64,000 bases of DNA from the NCBI GenBank assembly GCA_036172245.1, contig JAYWIR010000024.1:310001-374000 (forward strand), in the 5' to 3' direction. How positions within the stretch are numbered: position 1 is the first letter of the stretch; each line of letters begins with the position of its first letter. Positions 22,700-35,850 of this stretch are shown here, one piece after another. A model generated the notes under the pieces. It was not told the origin of the DNA. It did no database searches and saw only the letters and a list, made by a program, of their open reading frames with translations. The stretch comes from Raillietiella orientalis. Taxonomy: Eukaryota. A program made the translations under genes and the position numbers.

Positions 22700-25600
22700 G
22701 AAGAGGGAACTCCCGTCGAGAGAAGTGATACGACGTCCTGGACAAAGACCCTTGACCCGAGGATTGGCGGGGAAGATTCCTCAGCATCCTCGAGATCTGT
22801 CCCAGGTCGCAGGGATCCGGAGAGGAAGCTCCGCGCCGACCAGGTTCCGAGGTCGGTCCGATCGGGAACAGCAGGACTTCCTGCTCCATACGCACCTCGC
22901 GGGGAACCCATCTTCTGGAACTGGACCCTTCCTTGCTGTGGTTCCGCCGGTCTGCTGACTCGCAGAGGACTCTTGCCGGCGGCAGAACATCTACGTGATC
23001 GCCACAACCGCCAGAGAGGATGACAGTCGCGCAAAGGTCCGTCTGAGAGGCTGCGTCGCGTTGGGCGCGGCACGATGGTCCTCCCGTGCGTTTGTCACAA
23101 CTCCGGAGAGCAAACGAGAGCCCGTCTTGCCGTCGGCGGACCCCTCAGGCAGACAGGAGAAGCACGCTCAGCATTGTTCATGATGATCTCTCGAGTTCGG
23201 ACGGTTTCCTCCGGCTTTGGAATGTCCCTTCCGCTCTGCCAGCTTGGAAGAGAGCGTCTCGAACTCATGAGGGATGCTGGAGTCGAATCGCAGTGACCAG
23301 GGACGCGGGGGCTGTCACGAGTGGACCGTTCGAATGCTGAGCATCCTCACTCGCCTTTTCTCAAGAGCTCCAAAGCTTTTCTCAAAAATCACTCCGCTCC
23401 TCGGCCGTCTCCCTGCTGACTCCACTACCTTCCGGGCTCTCTTTCCTTCCCAGCTGCGCATCCAATAGTCATCTCTAAAAAGGCAGCGAGAATCGTCTCC
23501 CTCCTCGGCCGTGATCTCATCGTCGTCTCCTGGACGCTCAGGGACAAAAGGAGACCCGCCCTGGAAGAAAAGCCGGAAAGACGGTTCACGCTTCCCATGT
23601 TCTTCCTTCTTTCCAGTACCCGTTTTTCCTGCTCTGTTGGCAAAGTTGGTGGCATCTTCCTCCGGCAGCATTCTTGCGATCTCCCGTTGAAGCGGAAACT
23701 GGCGAATCCCTGAGGTCTCCAGATCGATCCTCTCCCCCAAACAACGACCGGATGCAGCCTCGTGGCGAGCGGATGCATCGATACGACGCTACCCTCTCCA
23801 CCAGAGGGTGCCACCAAACATCCTCACCATCCTCCAAGCTCTAAGCCACGTGAGGGATACATCTCCGTCGCAATTCTCCGGATGTGGACCTCTCAGACAT
23901 CATTCTCTGGTTCTTCCAACTGCAAAAAATGCCCTCGGATCCACTGTTTCCTGGAAAGAGGAACCCACTGCGTCCCGGACAAACTCTCCAGGATCGCGCT
24001 TGCCGTCCAATCCTCAGGAGAGGATCCTCTTCTTTGTCTTGGCGTCCCACGTGACTCTGGCCCCACTAGCGGGAGTCTCCCCGCACACCCTCCTCGGAGT
24101 CTCCTCGGAGGCCGTTGCCTGCCAAACCTCCCTGTGAACGGTCCCGAATCCCATGAATTTTTCCAGTTTCCTTCCCTTGGGAGAATCGGTTCTTTCCGGA
24201 GCGGTTTCCGCAGTCCTTCTTGCAGCCCGGTTCATCCACATTGGCACCAGAAAACTTGAGAAGGGCATCTCTTGATTCCCTCGAGCTCGCAGAGTGCTTA
24301 GTTTCCTGGATCCTGCACCAGCCGCGCAGGCTTCCCAGCACTCCTTCCATCTCCCCATCCAGTACCACCGTGGTTTCGTTTCCGAAACATCCCACAAACT
24401 CTCCAGAAGAGTGCTAAGAACGGGTGCGTTTGCTTGCCGTCCTCCGAGAGAACATCGAGGGGGAATGCAAACGTTCTCGAAGAGTCAGGTGAGACTAACG
24501 CAGGATAAAACCAGGTCGTCACGCAATGAGACCAAGGACGTTAGGCGGGGTAGAACTCTTCCCTTTTTCCTGACCTGCATCCCTTTTTTCGACAAAGTGC
24601 CACCACGGAAGATCTTCTTGATACTTCCTGGCCACACATTTCCTGCATCCCAAATTGCTCTCTGTCTCCACAGCTTCCCACCGCCCGGTGCAGAATGCTT
24701 GCCTACTCCTCTCCTCATTTCCGAAATCAGTTTCCGAGGAAACCGGTTCTCTTAGAGCTCTGAGATCCGTGAGCTGCGCTCCCTGGTCCTTCAGAAGAAA
24801 GCTGGGACCTCGGAACGCTGAGTCGTGTTCAGGAAAAGCTACAGGGAGCTACTTTATGATCAGGCAGAATGGGCTTGACCTTAACGATAAGCTGACCTTA
24901 ACGATGACCTTAAGCACGGGAAGAAGAGTCATGCACAACCTCTCTTCTCTCTCCAAATGAAGCGATGGCGTTCTGCATGCTTGAATCTTCATCCGCAATT
25001 CCCAGGCGCATCATTTGTTCATAGGTTCAGCATGCAGTTTCCTCCCTCATGCTTATTCGAACCGAGCTAGTGAGAGCCAGATCGCAATGATGATGACCTT
25101 CCAATGGAGCCAGTGAGAGGGCGATCGAAACTAAAGTTTCTGCTGAGTCCTTTCTCCGGAAAGAGAGCGCCACTGAGGATGGGCGAAGACAACTCCATCA
25201 GTGCGAACACCACCAGTCGCATGCGAGGCATCTCTGAACCTGCAGCTCTCCACGAAGGAGAGCAACTTGGTGTGCCTCCTTGGTAGAAAACAAAGGATCG
25301 CCTGCCACTGGAGCAGTCCTACAGGAGAAAGGTTTGGCCTCGTGTGAGCTTCTGAATGGAGGTGAATGCGTTGCAAGGGACAATCATCCCCTCTTCTCGA
25401 AGAGAAATCAAGAAAAGACAGCTTTTTCACAGCAATTTGAGCAGAAGGAGCGTGGGTTTGAAGATGGCCTTCATTCATCTACTTCAGAGGTCAGACAGGT
25501 CGCCCAGTCGCACCAGGGGCTCTTGAAAACTGCAGCCTGAAATTCAGTAAAATTTCATGGAACTGTCGTGGCAGCAGTCTTTCTCGGAGAGCCTCCATCA

Positions 25601-28600
25601 CCACGTGAAGGGAGGCGGAGGTAAGAAAGAAGGCATGGAAAAGCCAACTGATGGTGGGGACTTCCCAGAAGGCAAACTCGCTAGAAGACGGCATGGAAAT
25701 GCAGCACACAGTCGTCCGCCCAAACAAGGAGACAGTGACGGAGATGGAGTCATAGCGGGATAAGAGGTGGAGCAATGTCGTGAGCTCTCGTGCTCTCCTC
25801 CTGCTACATAAGGCATTGGCTCATCGGTCCTCTTTCTCATCTTCAACCATGGCGCTGCCTTGCTACACCATGCCGGACAGTGCGGCTTCCTCAAACCTTG
25901 CAGCGTTTGTCCACGTGCTTTGCTGCTGCACTTCACACTTTTTCAAGGATTCAAACGCTCCATGAAGGATAATTTTTCCGGATTTCTATTATCCTAGAGA
26001 TCCGAGAAAGATCCCTCTTCCTACTGTTGAGACTCCTTCAGAGGCGAAGCGAAGTGAGACAACCCTATCTCTCCTGCCTCTTCCGGAGCAACCAATGAGT
26101 TCTCTAGGGAGCCGGAGACGTCCGCCTGCTCTTCCTTCTTCGCAGAGTACCAGATCCGGTCGAAGCCACTCCGGGAACTGTCTGGACAGAGGGCATCCGT
26201 TCTCAATGTTTCTGAGAATCCCTTTGGATCTGGGACGCTCTTGCATCTTGTAATTCATGCAGTGGTGCAGCCTCCTCCACCGATAGCAGACTCCATGCCT
26301 ACTGAGCGGCGCTCGCATTGGCAGCCATGCCGCGTGGATGAACCCGCAATCCGGAAGGATCCGACGTTTCCCATTCAACAGAAAACGCCCCCACATGGCA
26401 CATGGCGCCCTCCCACGGAGGAGGTGTCCTTCGCATGGTTTGATTGCTCCATGATGGGAGAAAGACATGCCGCTTTGCGTTGGATCCTGCGTGGGTGTGT
26501 ACGGTGATTCTTGTTCTCACGCATCGATCGAAAGCTGAATCTCCGAATGCGGTTGCCTGGAATGCGATGCCCAGCACGCTCCATTCGAACTCCTTGCGTG
26601 ACCGTTGCCCAGTAGGAGGCTTGCCTGCTCACCGTCCAGACGCTCCTAATGTCACTACTGAGCCTGCCAAGTTTTTTTCCCCTCCTACCACCGCGGGAAA
26701 CGAGTCCGCCGAATTCTTCGTCGGACGGCGATGAGCGGAATTTCCTTTCTGCTACCGGGAGTGAGGTTCCTGGAAATGATTCTTGCTCGACTGGAGAAAT
26801 TTTCCACTCATCAATGCCAGCACAGCTCTGCGGCCGTAGCGTTTGTTTTTCTTCAAAGAGCTGCTTCTGGACCGCCACCTTCCGACATTGTCCTTCATCA
26901 CTTCAGGTGAAGAAGGACAATGTCTCATGGGAAGAGTGTGCTCCAGTAAAACTCCATGCTCAAAGGGAGCACCCTTTCAGCCAGGCGTGGCTGTGGAAAG
27001 CCCTGATTGAGATCTTCCGCAGCCATCCCTCGACAGGTACTCTGCCTTATTCAAGGACATGATGCTGGGTAGCATCCCTGTTCGGTTTCCTCTAATAGCT
27101 TCCAGCACCGTTTCTCTTTAGCAAAATGGCCTCATGACGTGATTCGCGTTCCCCAAAGCGAGCAATCTTACGCTTGCTGCGGATTCATCTGAAACTTAGA
27201 CTTGCAAATTGTGAATCCTATGGCAGATCTAGAAAGAATTCAGCGTTTTCCCTGTAATGTACCAGCAGTGCTCTTCGCGTATCGAGATGGGCTCTACTTT
27301 AGCACTCTTGCTAGTGGGTCCGGAGGCGCAAATGACGTTTGCACAGTTAGCAAGATGCTGACTTTCCATGCGCCACACCGTAGACAATGCACACTCATTG
27401 ACATTCCTGAAGCAGAACTCTTTCCAGGGATTCTTGGAATCGGAAGATCTCATGTTGCGCCCTCAGGCGCGACGAGTTTAGCCTGACCGTGACGCACACC
27501 CACCGGTTTCTCTCTGCCACCACCTCCATGGACGCGGTGAGCGTATCCGTGCACGGGGTCAGCGCCGTGGAGCAAGCGTCATCCACCAGCCTTGCCATCT
27601 TCCAAAAATTTAAACGGCACCCTTCCATCTCCAGGGTGATAAACGTCCATTTTGTCGGGATCATAGCGTTCATCTTTGATCAGTTGCTAAGGCACATTGA
27701 AGCGCAGGAGGTATGCAAAGAAAAGAAAAAAGAAAAGAGTGACTTGATGCTTAAAAGAGCCTCCCGGCAAAGCAGCTACTTTCGTCTGAAGAGTCACCGC
27801 GGACGTTTCTACAGGAACTTCTGCAAAAGCTGGTGAAAGAGAAAGCTTCCCGAAATCCTGGCTGGATAATTTGGTCTTTACTGTGTCATTATTATGGACA
27901 AGTTAATTGTGTCATTAACTTGTCCATCATTGATTACATTTCTTCAGTTTTCCACTGCAGCCGTCAGCAAGCCGTTGGCTTGGGTCCTTCTCCATCTTTC
28001 ACTATCGCACTGCCGTGGATTCCTATTGGTGAGACCTCCGCGTCCACACGCCACCGGCTTGCTACAAGGGTGCCAGTCGTCAGATGAAAACCTCTTTAAA
28101 CTACAGTACTGGCGTCCCAGTCAGGAAACGTTTCCATCCAGAGACGCAGCTGATTCGGGAGTCGTTTGCGGCGTTCGCTGCTCTTGAAGCACTTTTCTTA
28201 AGTACCATCTACATTATGAATATAAATTAGGACGAGGAGGCGTCTCTCCCGTTATGATTAGACCGTTAGGCCTGCTCTTTGGCTTTCTAGGAAATGCAAT
28301 TTGAGAGGAGAGAAAAATGCAGGCAGCCCTTGCGTGCTGATGTATGGCCTGTGGTGAAGATGATTTGTAGCACGGAATTGCATACAATCCTTCGCTTGTC
28401 TAGACGATTAAATGAAGAAAGTCGGCTCGGAATCATTGAAAGCACCTTCAAGTGTAGCCCCAGGGGGACGGCTGCAAGATGCACCGTGAAGTAAACCGTA
28501 ATATCTCTGAAAGACAGCGAGATAACAAAGACCCACGGAGATGACCAAATTTATCGTATTTCACGCCAACTCCGTGTGTCTCATCCTTGTCACCCTGGGA

Positions 28601-28700
28601 TGCAGCCAGGTGTTCGCGTCGGGTCCAGTCCAAAGAGACACAACCTAATCCAATCTGTTATGACAGAATGAAGACTTGATCGTGGTCCGCGGAACGCGCG
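22700..28700 (-). mobile_element. Decayed near-full-length L1/Tx1-like ORF2 relic (EN-RT-thumb-zinc finger)
   Basis: Colinear remnants: DETH (about 28580), LPLSMEFYWSTLFP, KISPVEQESFPGTSL, KLGRLSSDIRSVW, AFGDSAFDRCVRT, RNIENGCPLS (26198-26184, cf. GVRQGCPLS), HRFIWREKR (about 24950), VPMWMN, RDCHPLWRLW (about 23020). Many stops and frameshifts. Confidence 0.6.
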
Positions 28701-29099
28701 TGCCTGTTTTCTTTCCCTCCGATAAACGAGAAGAGAATGTTACATGCTCGGATGGGGAACATTTGATCCTGAGCTAGCTCCTGCACAGAGATCGCATAAT
28801 TTGCTTTCGTCACAGCAGCGTTTACTCGATAAGAAACGAGGGCTAGCTATCCAACAGGGCGGACGACCAGCTTGAGAGGAAGAATTTCAAAATCAACGCG
28901 GAAGTAACTTCCGGAGGTTCCATATGATTATTGGGGTTTACCAGGAGTGCGTGGAAAGGTCCCCTTAGAAGCTTGGAGCCATCTGATCCCAGTTACAATT
29001 ATTCTGCTCTGATAATTCCATTCCCGCACTGACAGGAGGAGGAAGACACGGAGACCTAGCAATGGTTTTGTACCCAGTCGCGCTGGGGAACGGGAGGGG

Positions 29100-30900
29100 G
29101 AGGGCATTTATTAAGAAAAAACAATAAACAAACAAGTAGGGAACTCAGTTCCAAAACAAAAAACAACAAAAAGAATTTCAAGGGGAGGGTTTACCGACGA
29201 GCAGGTCGGTTACTGGGGCAGTCACGAGCGAGAGGGAAAGAGACAATGAATAAATAAATAAAAGAAGGGTGGGAAAAAAGGTCTTTGGCTTGAGGCGCCC
29301 CTTTCTGCAGAGTACTGGTGCCCACTGCTGAATATCTCCAGCTTGCTGGAGACCTTCTTCTCGAAGGTGAAACCACCTCGGAGCCGCTCGTGTTGAGGCC
29401 GCCATGCAGATGACCACCCTCCACTGCGTTCGAAGTTCCAGCATATCGAAGGCTGTGACGATGGCGCGGATGCAACATCTCGTCGCAGTCACAGCGCCTG
29501 TCGGAACTCTGTCTTGCATGAAGAATGGTTTCAGCAGATCCTTGGCGATGTCCCGCGTCCCAATTCTTGGAGGGCATCGCAGTCCAGCAGCAAGGGCGGG
29601 ATCGGTTCAATCGTCCCGCATCTTAAATGGTTCGGGGACGCAAACTTCCTCGGAAATGAGATGCCTACGCTGATTTGCACTGGAGGCCGCGGTGCAGAAA
29701 TAGCAGCACATTCTGTTTCCAACGCAAGGGAACACAGGAGTGTCCAGACACAAGGGAAGGACCACGACTTCTGCGGAAGGCACACTCAAAAGTTCGCTCC
29801 GCCGAAGCATTCCTTTCTCCTGGAAACGAGGAGTGGAGTCATTCACCAGATCGCTCGTCGTCCAGCTGTCTAGGAGTTTCGTAACTCTTGCGATGGTGCA
29901 AAAGAACTCCCACCACGCCGGTAGGCTACTGTCAGGGGTTAACCTCGGGGCAGACAACGCCACGGCAAGGTATGCGGAGGCCATCGGAGTACATTTCGAA
30001 AAGTCCTGCAGGACATCCCCGAGCGAGGAGAGTTCGCAGGCCTCGAAGTGTTTCTGGGCTCACTCCCAGAGTGGCAACCCAGTTCTCCACCACCTTTCTG
30101 CCGCCGGGCATTCCGGTTCGTGGGGTAGCAGGATATCCAAGGGTTGGCTTCCAAGAGCGAGGCCAGTTACCTCAACGGGAACTCAAACTTCCGCATCCTG
30201 TGTTGGCTGCGCGGTAGCAGCGAATGCAGTCCTCTGCCGGTGCAACGCTGAAGAATGATGCTTGCAGGGGCACACCAAGGGAAGGTCCATACCTAGCAGT
30301 AGTGGTGATAGTAGGTGTATCATCTCTCATTATGATCACTGTTACCATAATCAAAGAAATTCTTTTAAAAGAGTGAGATTTTCCCATGCGTTGGTTCATT
30401 TCAAAGATGTAGGTCCAAAGTGCCCTAGGCTTGTCTTTCTTCGAAAAAGCGGTTGTTGCCAATCCAGCAACGTTCCTGGAAATGGTTTCAGGAACTCAGA
30501 TGGGTTTTCGGTGTATGTACAGATCGTTGTGTGTCTGCGCACCTGCGTGTAACTGATTATTTGGAAGTTTTTTTAGAGAAACTGCTTTCCTTGTAGCCAG
30601 GGAAACGAAGAGGGTCATCAGTCTCCAATGACCTCCTGATCGAACTCAGGAAATTTTTCGAACCTGAGAACACTACTAGGGTTATTCAGCTTCCATGGAG
30701 GTGTAAATGCAAAAATTTCGGACGCAAATAGCTCTCCACGTTCCTCCTAAAGGTCCAAAGAAGCACTACCTACTGGGGATTTATTGGTCCGGAACAGCAG
30801 ATTGGCGAAAGACAAGAGCAGCACTCAGTCGATGGAAAGTGTGACGAATTCATGGTCTATAGGCCTATAGAAAACAAGTTCGAAGGATCGGTTAAGCCTG
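29100..30900 (-). mobile_element. 5'-truncated decayed L1/Tx1-like element with T-rich 3' UTR and AATAAA
   Basis: LFASEIFAF (cf. LFADD, about 30720), RKFASPNHLRCGTIEPIPPLLLDC (degenerate zf-RVT, about 29650-29580), T-rich tail with AATAAA near 29110. Visibly paralogous to the adjacent element at 31150-35850. Confidence 0.6.
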
Positions 30901-31149
30901 AATAGATGAGGATAGTGGGCAAAGAGGGAGAGTCACAGGATGAGGTTATCTTGAGTAGGAAGGAAGCTTAGAAAAACAGCCTGCCCGGCCTTCAGGTTGC
31001 ACTGACGAGGTCGCGCCTTTTTTGGTAGGGCTGAAATGTATCTTCCGGGTCACTCAGCGGCGTTTCTATAATAAAATCAGACCAGTTGGGAGAACAGTTC
31101 TCAACTGAAGACAAAGAAAGTTTAGGGGGAGGGTCCACCGAAACGCAGG

Positions 31150-34100
31150 TCGGGATCTCTAAAAGTTCGGAACGGGAGAAAAGGAACAACGAATAAACAC
31201 AGACGGGGGGGAGGGATGGGTCCTTGATGTCTCTCCTTGAGAAACAAAAAACTGGAAAAAGGTCGGAGCGAATGGAGGGGGCAATAAAAAAAAATAAGCA
31301 AAAGGAAAGGAGGAGCAAGGGACACCGGTCTTGTCTGTTTCTTCCTCCTAGAACCGGCGCTGGATGCCGGTGCTCATTGTCTTTACTTTCCTCTTCCAGG
31401 TGTCTTCAATTCCTCTTCCGGACCTCATGTAGGCGCTGCCATCCAGGTGATCTCCTCTCTCTGCGTCCTCGTCTGGAACACACGTCGGGCCGTGACGATG
31501 GCGCGGACGTTGCGATCACTGCGCCGGTCGAGAGTCCGTCGGTCACGAAGAATCGCCGCAGCAAGTCACGGACGGTGTCCTCCTGGTGCAGGAGCTCTGA
31601 AGCCAGCCTCCGATCCAGTTCCTGGAGGGCACTGCAGTTCAAAAGCAGGTGCGTGATCGACTTCACCGACTCGCACCGGGCACAGTTCGGAGATGCAACC
31701 CGCCTGGAAACGAGGTGCAGGGACTAATTGCACTCGAGTTAGGGCTAGAGCAGGAGACCTCTATGGCGACACTGACAGTAACGGCGCGACCGGTGATGTG
31801 AGAATCGGTTTCCAAGCCTTCCTTTCCGCTCTTCGCACGATTCTCGACGGTGAATCTTTCTTGAGCTTTCTGGGAACACGAGTTGCCGAGTCACTGGATT
31901 CGTCAGCATCTCCAGAAATCCCGGTTCCTCAGCAGCCTCTCGCGTGGGTAGCTTCTCTCTAATCACATCGAGCTTTTCATGCAACCTGGAAACCATACCT
32001 CCACCGCTGCTACCTCAGAGGCCTTCCATGAACTCATGTCATCTTGGACGGATTTGAAATATCTGTTCCATCCGTCGATTGATAATCGGCAGCAGACATC
32101 CTCCGTGGAGCATCAGCAAGTCCATTTCCTGGAATCCAGACGGTTCTCTTCTGCTTTTCACCCTGGTGCTCCGGGGAGACGGTTCTGTTCTGCCCGCGTC
32201 ATCTTCACACCGGAAACGAAGCCTCCGCACCTCCATGCGGGCCATTTCATTGCATTGAGAGCAGAAAAAAGGTCTTCATCGTCCATCTTTTCGATCTTTA
32301 TTTCACACTGGTAGCTTCCTTCTCTTCCCCCCGCCTTCACTCCATCGCGGGGAAGCAGTCCCTGGCGTTCTTCAGAAGGTGGGTGGGCAGTGTCTCTGTC
32401 ATGTACGACGAACGAGAGGCAGCAGGAGTTCTTCCTCATCCTCCTGCCTTCTGCCTGGGAGGCATCCGGCTGCCGTCCGTCCCGCGAGCTCTCTAGCGGA
32501 CTCTTCGAAAAAGCCCTGCCCACCGCCAACCTCTTCTGAACCCCTCAGCTTCCTCCCGGAGAACGTGGTTCCTCGTCGGGAGAAAGCCATAGAGCAAAAA
32601 AGGAAAGGAACGAAGAGGGAAGTTACGTGATGCATCAGGGGCACCGCATCCGTACCCTCCTCAGGCAGGGTGCGAAGTCGGAAAGAAGGAGGGCGTTGAG
32701 CTATCCTGATCGATGCTCGAACGGGGCAGCGCGGAGGGAGTGCTGGGAAAGTGGCCGCTGTGATTCCATGGCTATCCCACGTGCAGGCCTTCGTATCCCA
32801 GGTGCAGCTAGCTGTCCTTCAACCTCGTGAGGTGATATCCCTTGTGCCGTACCCTTGCCTCTATCGGTTGGGGTGCTGGAAGTGAGGGACGTTGGACTCG
32901 AGACGCTCCAGGTCGTCCTTCAGGACGAACTCCGAGGAGCTCTTCCAGAGCGGCTGGCATTGTCTGGATCTCGACGGTCCTGTCATCTTATGGCTGACGG
33001 GGTTGGAAGCTACTATGGGAACGGTGTGAACATCACTCGGGCTCAATCGGTGGCTCCCCTGCATGTGCATTTGCTCCATGATGATGCTCCTAGTCTTGTC
33101 CTTACAGGGATTGTTCCGCAATCTCCACGAGTGAAGAGGGTCATCTCGACGAGATGGTCATGAAGGAACAGCTCGCAAAGAAGACCATCTTTGTCCGTCT
33201 GTAGAACCTCCTCTCCCTCAGCTCCATAGGCCTAGGAGCTGGAGAAGAGGGAAGCGGATTGCGCTAGCAATGCCGTGATAGATCTCTTCCGTCTTCAACA
33301 TGATACTGAGCAGCCTCAACCTCCTCAGAGCCATCTTCCTTGGATGTAATCTTGAAACACCGACTGTATCATCGTAGTTCGTGAAGACTCTTGAGCGAAA
33401 GTTCGTCACCTCAACACTTGGTTCCGTTGAACCCTTCGGGTCTCGCGCATCGAACATTCTTCGTGGAAGAGCACCATCTGGAGTGATCATCGAAAGAGGG
33501 ACCTTACTGACAAAAAGGCTGTACATGAAATTCCTCCCGTCCTCCTGCTCTGGAGGTGGTATCAAGCGGCAGTTTATCTCCTTAGGCCATCTTCGAAGTG
33601 GTAATCTATGGAGTTCTCTTTCCAGAGGGAAAGTTGGGTCACATAGCATGGCTGGTTGCACGAGCAGTCGCAAACGCTTCCAGCTACCTCTTAATGGCAT
33701 TGGCGAATGATGGCAAGGAGAGCAGAGAAAGAAGAATGGCCTTGTGCTGTGTAGCGGAGGACGAGTTCTACGCTCGTGGCAACATCGCATCATATGCAAC
33801 CATCTTCGGCAGCATCCCCTTCCCCAAAGTTTTTTGAAGATCGGTTCGTTGAACACATCGCAATTCTGTCAACGGATGCAGGAGCCGTGCTCACCTTGGG
33901 TTCAGCTTCATGGACACGTATCCACAACTCTTGATCCTGGGTCCACAGCCACTGATGAATGACGATTTTCAGTGGAATTCTCTATGAAGGAATCCACTCT
34001 GTGTGCGGGATGGAGGGGGAAGGGGAAGGTGTCGAACGTTTGAGCAGGGAAATTAGGATGGAGCACTCCAGTAGGCTAAAAAAATCCTGAAAGAAACGTA

Positions 34101-35850
34101 CCCATTTGCGATGAGATGATGATGGAAGAGAGTCCCTAGCCCCTTGCATCGCTGTCCAAAAATGGCTGCTACCATCGCCTTCTGTTTTGTAATCACGGTG
34201 TACATCATGACACAACTAGTCAGAACTGATGCTCTCTCTCCCGAGGATATCACCTCAACAAGGAAGTCAGGAGCAGGAGTTTTAGGGAGGTTCTCTTACC
34301 AGCTCCTCACGCAGGCGTCACCGTCGGCAAGTCTGGAAGCTTCCATACACACGAGAGGAAGCGCGTGTATGTGGACGAGAACCTCATGCCTTCAGAGGCG
34401 CGTGACCACCTTTCTTCGCATTTGCAAGGGAATCGTTACCTTTGGGAAGCATAGCCTGAAATCTTACGAAACCCAGCAGCGAAAGTCCCACTTCGCTCCC
34501 ACGAGGGGAATCTGCGTAAGAGACATGGCTCCAACACACCGCCTGAAGAGAAAGGGATCCAGCAGACTTACCGCACTCTTTGGAAGCTGGAGGAACTGCT
34601 CTGGCTGCTCCACCTTCCTTTGAAAAAGGGTCTGCCAATGAGGAAGAGCCGGTCAGCAGGAGCACGGAAGAACACAGTACGCGCTTCCTGCTATCCTGCT
34701 GGAACCTGGGTATCTTGCGGAGGTATGACTTCATCCCTCTCAGCATCATGGCGAAAGAGGTGCAGCGGGAGCAGAATAATAGATTTCCGACTCTACGTTG
34801 AGGCAACAAGAAAAAAGGTATCCTTCATTTTCTCGATAATTCTAAGATGCTTTTGGAAATCCTTGGCCGTGGGATTTTCCTCCAAAGAGAGTCCCAAACT
34901 CCAGGGTTTCCTAAAGATCGCAGCGTGGGATGTTGTGTGTGTGTGTGTGTGTGTTTTCCATGAAATTAACTTCTGTTAGATGCCGCCAATATTACAGAAA
35001 TTGTTCTTCATTCCTGGGACTCCGAGGGAGAAACCGCAAACATCCAGGTGCAGAAGGCGGAGCTCATGACAACAGAGGCTGTTCTGGACCTCGATCTCGG
35101 ACTCGGCGGAGACACCGCTCGGAAAGCAAACAGGCCCAATTAGGCGTCCGCGGAGAGTTATTGGAAAATGACGGAGGAGATTGCGTGAGTCAGCTGTCCC
35201 GAGGCGCTGGCGTAAAAAGCCGCATCCGCATAGCACCATAAGCCATTGCCCGGCTCCTCGTGGATGCAGATCGTTACCTAACCGCAGCTTCCAATAAAAC
35301 CAATGCCACGGGCCCATTCCCCGCGCAGCGCTGCTATCGAGGAAAATCTCTTGAGGGAACGAAATCAGGCAGTCTCGCAAGCACTTCGTGTGTTTGTGCA
35401 GCAAAAGCACCGATTGAGAGGGGTGGGTTGGGCCATAGGCGGTGCACCGACGCTCTCGCAAATCACCGCGTCGGTTTATGATGTACACAATTTGTATGCA
35501 TCTCCTGATAGAGTAGTACATCTCACGTAAAAGGTGCACACCTTGGCGTGTGTAGATGGATAGAAATAACCGAACATTCAATTTTTTTTTTTTCATTGCC
35601 TCCAGGAGGTGAACAAGAATTCTAGCACTGTTTCCCAATATGGCTTTCATGTCATTCCGAAGTCTTCCCACACCATTCCGCAAGTATTCTAATATGGCCT
35701 AAGAAGGATGCTGCCAGTTTCTTCTTCGGCATGTTCAGCTTATCGGTTTTCATTGACTGCACCAGAAAGCGCAACGTTCCCAAGGGCCGAAATCCGGACA
35801 GTCAAGAGGAGGGGAAGTGTCTGGAGAAGAGAACCCAGTTTCCGAGAGCG
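31150..35850 (-). mobile_element. Decayed L1/Tx1-like ORF2 relic with intact CCHC zinc knuckle
   Basis: SPNCARCESVKSITHLLLNC (C-x2-C-x7-H-x4-C, zf-RVT type, about 31690-31635). Endonuclease-like ORF 35683-34976 (GVGRL...ARILVHL...LFLSIYTR...IINRRGDL). T-rich 3' tail at about 31150-31350. The central RT part is very degraded, so continuity as one element is inferred. Confidence 0.62.
34934..34953. repeat. (TG)10 microsatellite
   Basis: Read directly from the sequence. Confidence 0.9.
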
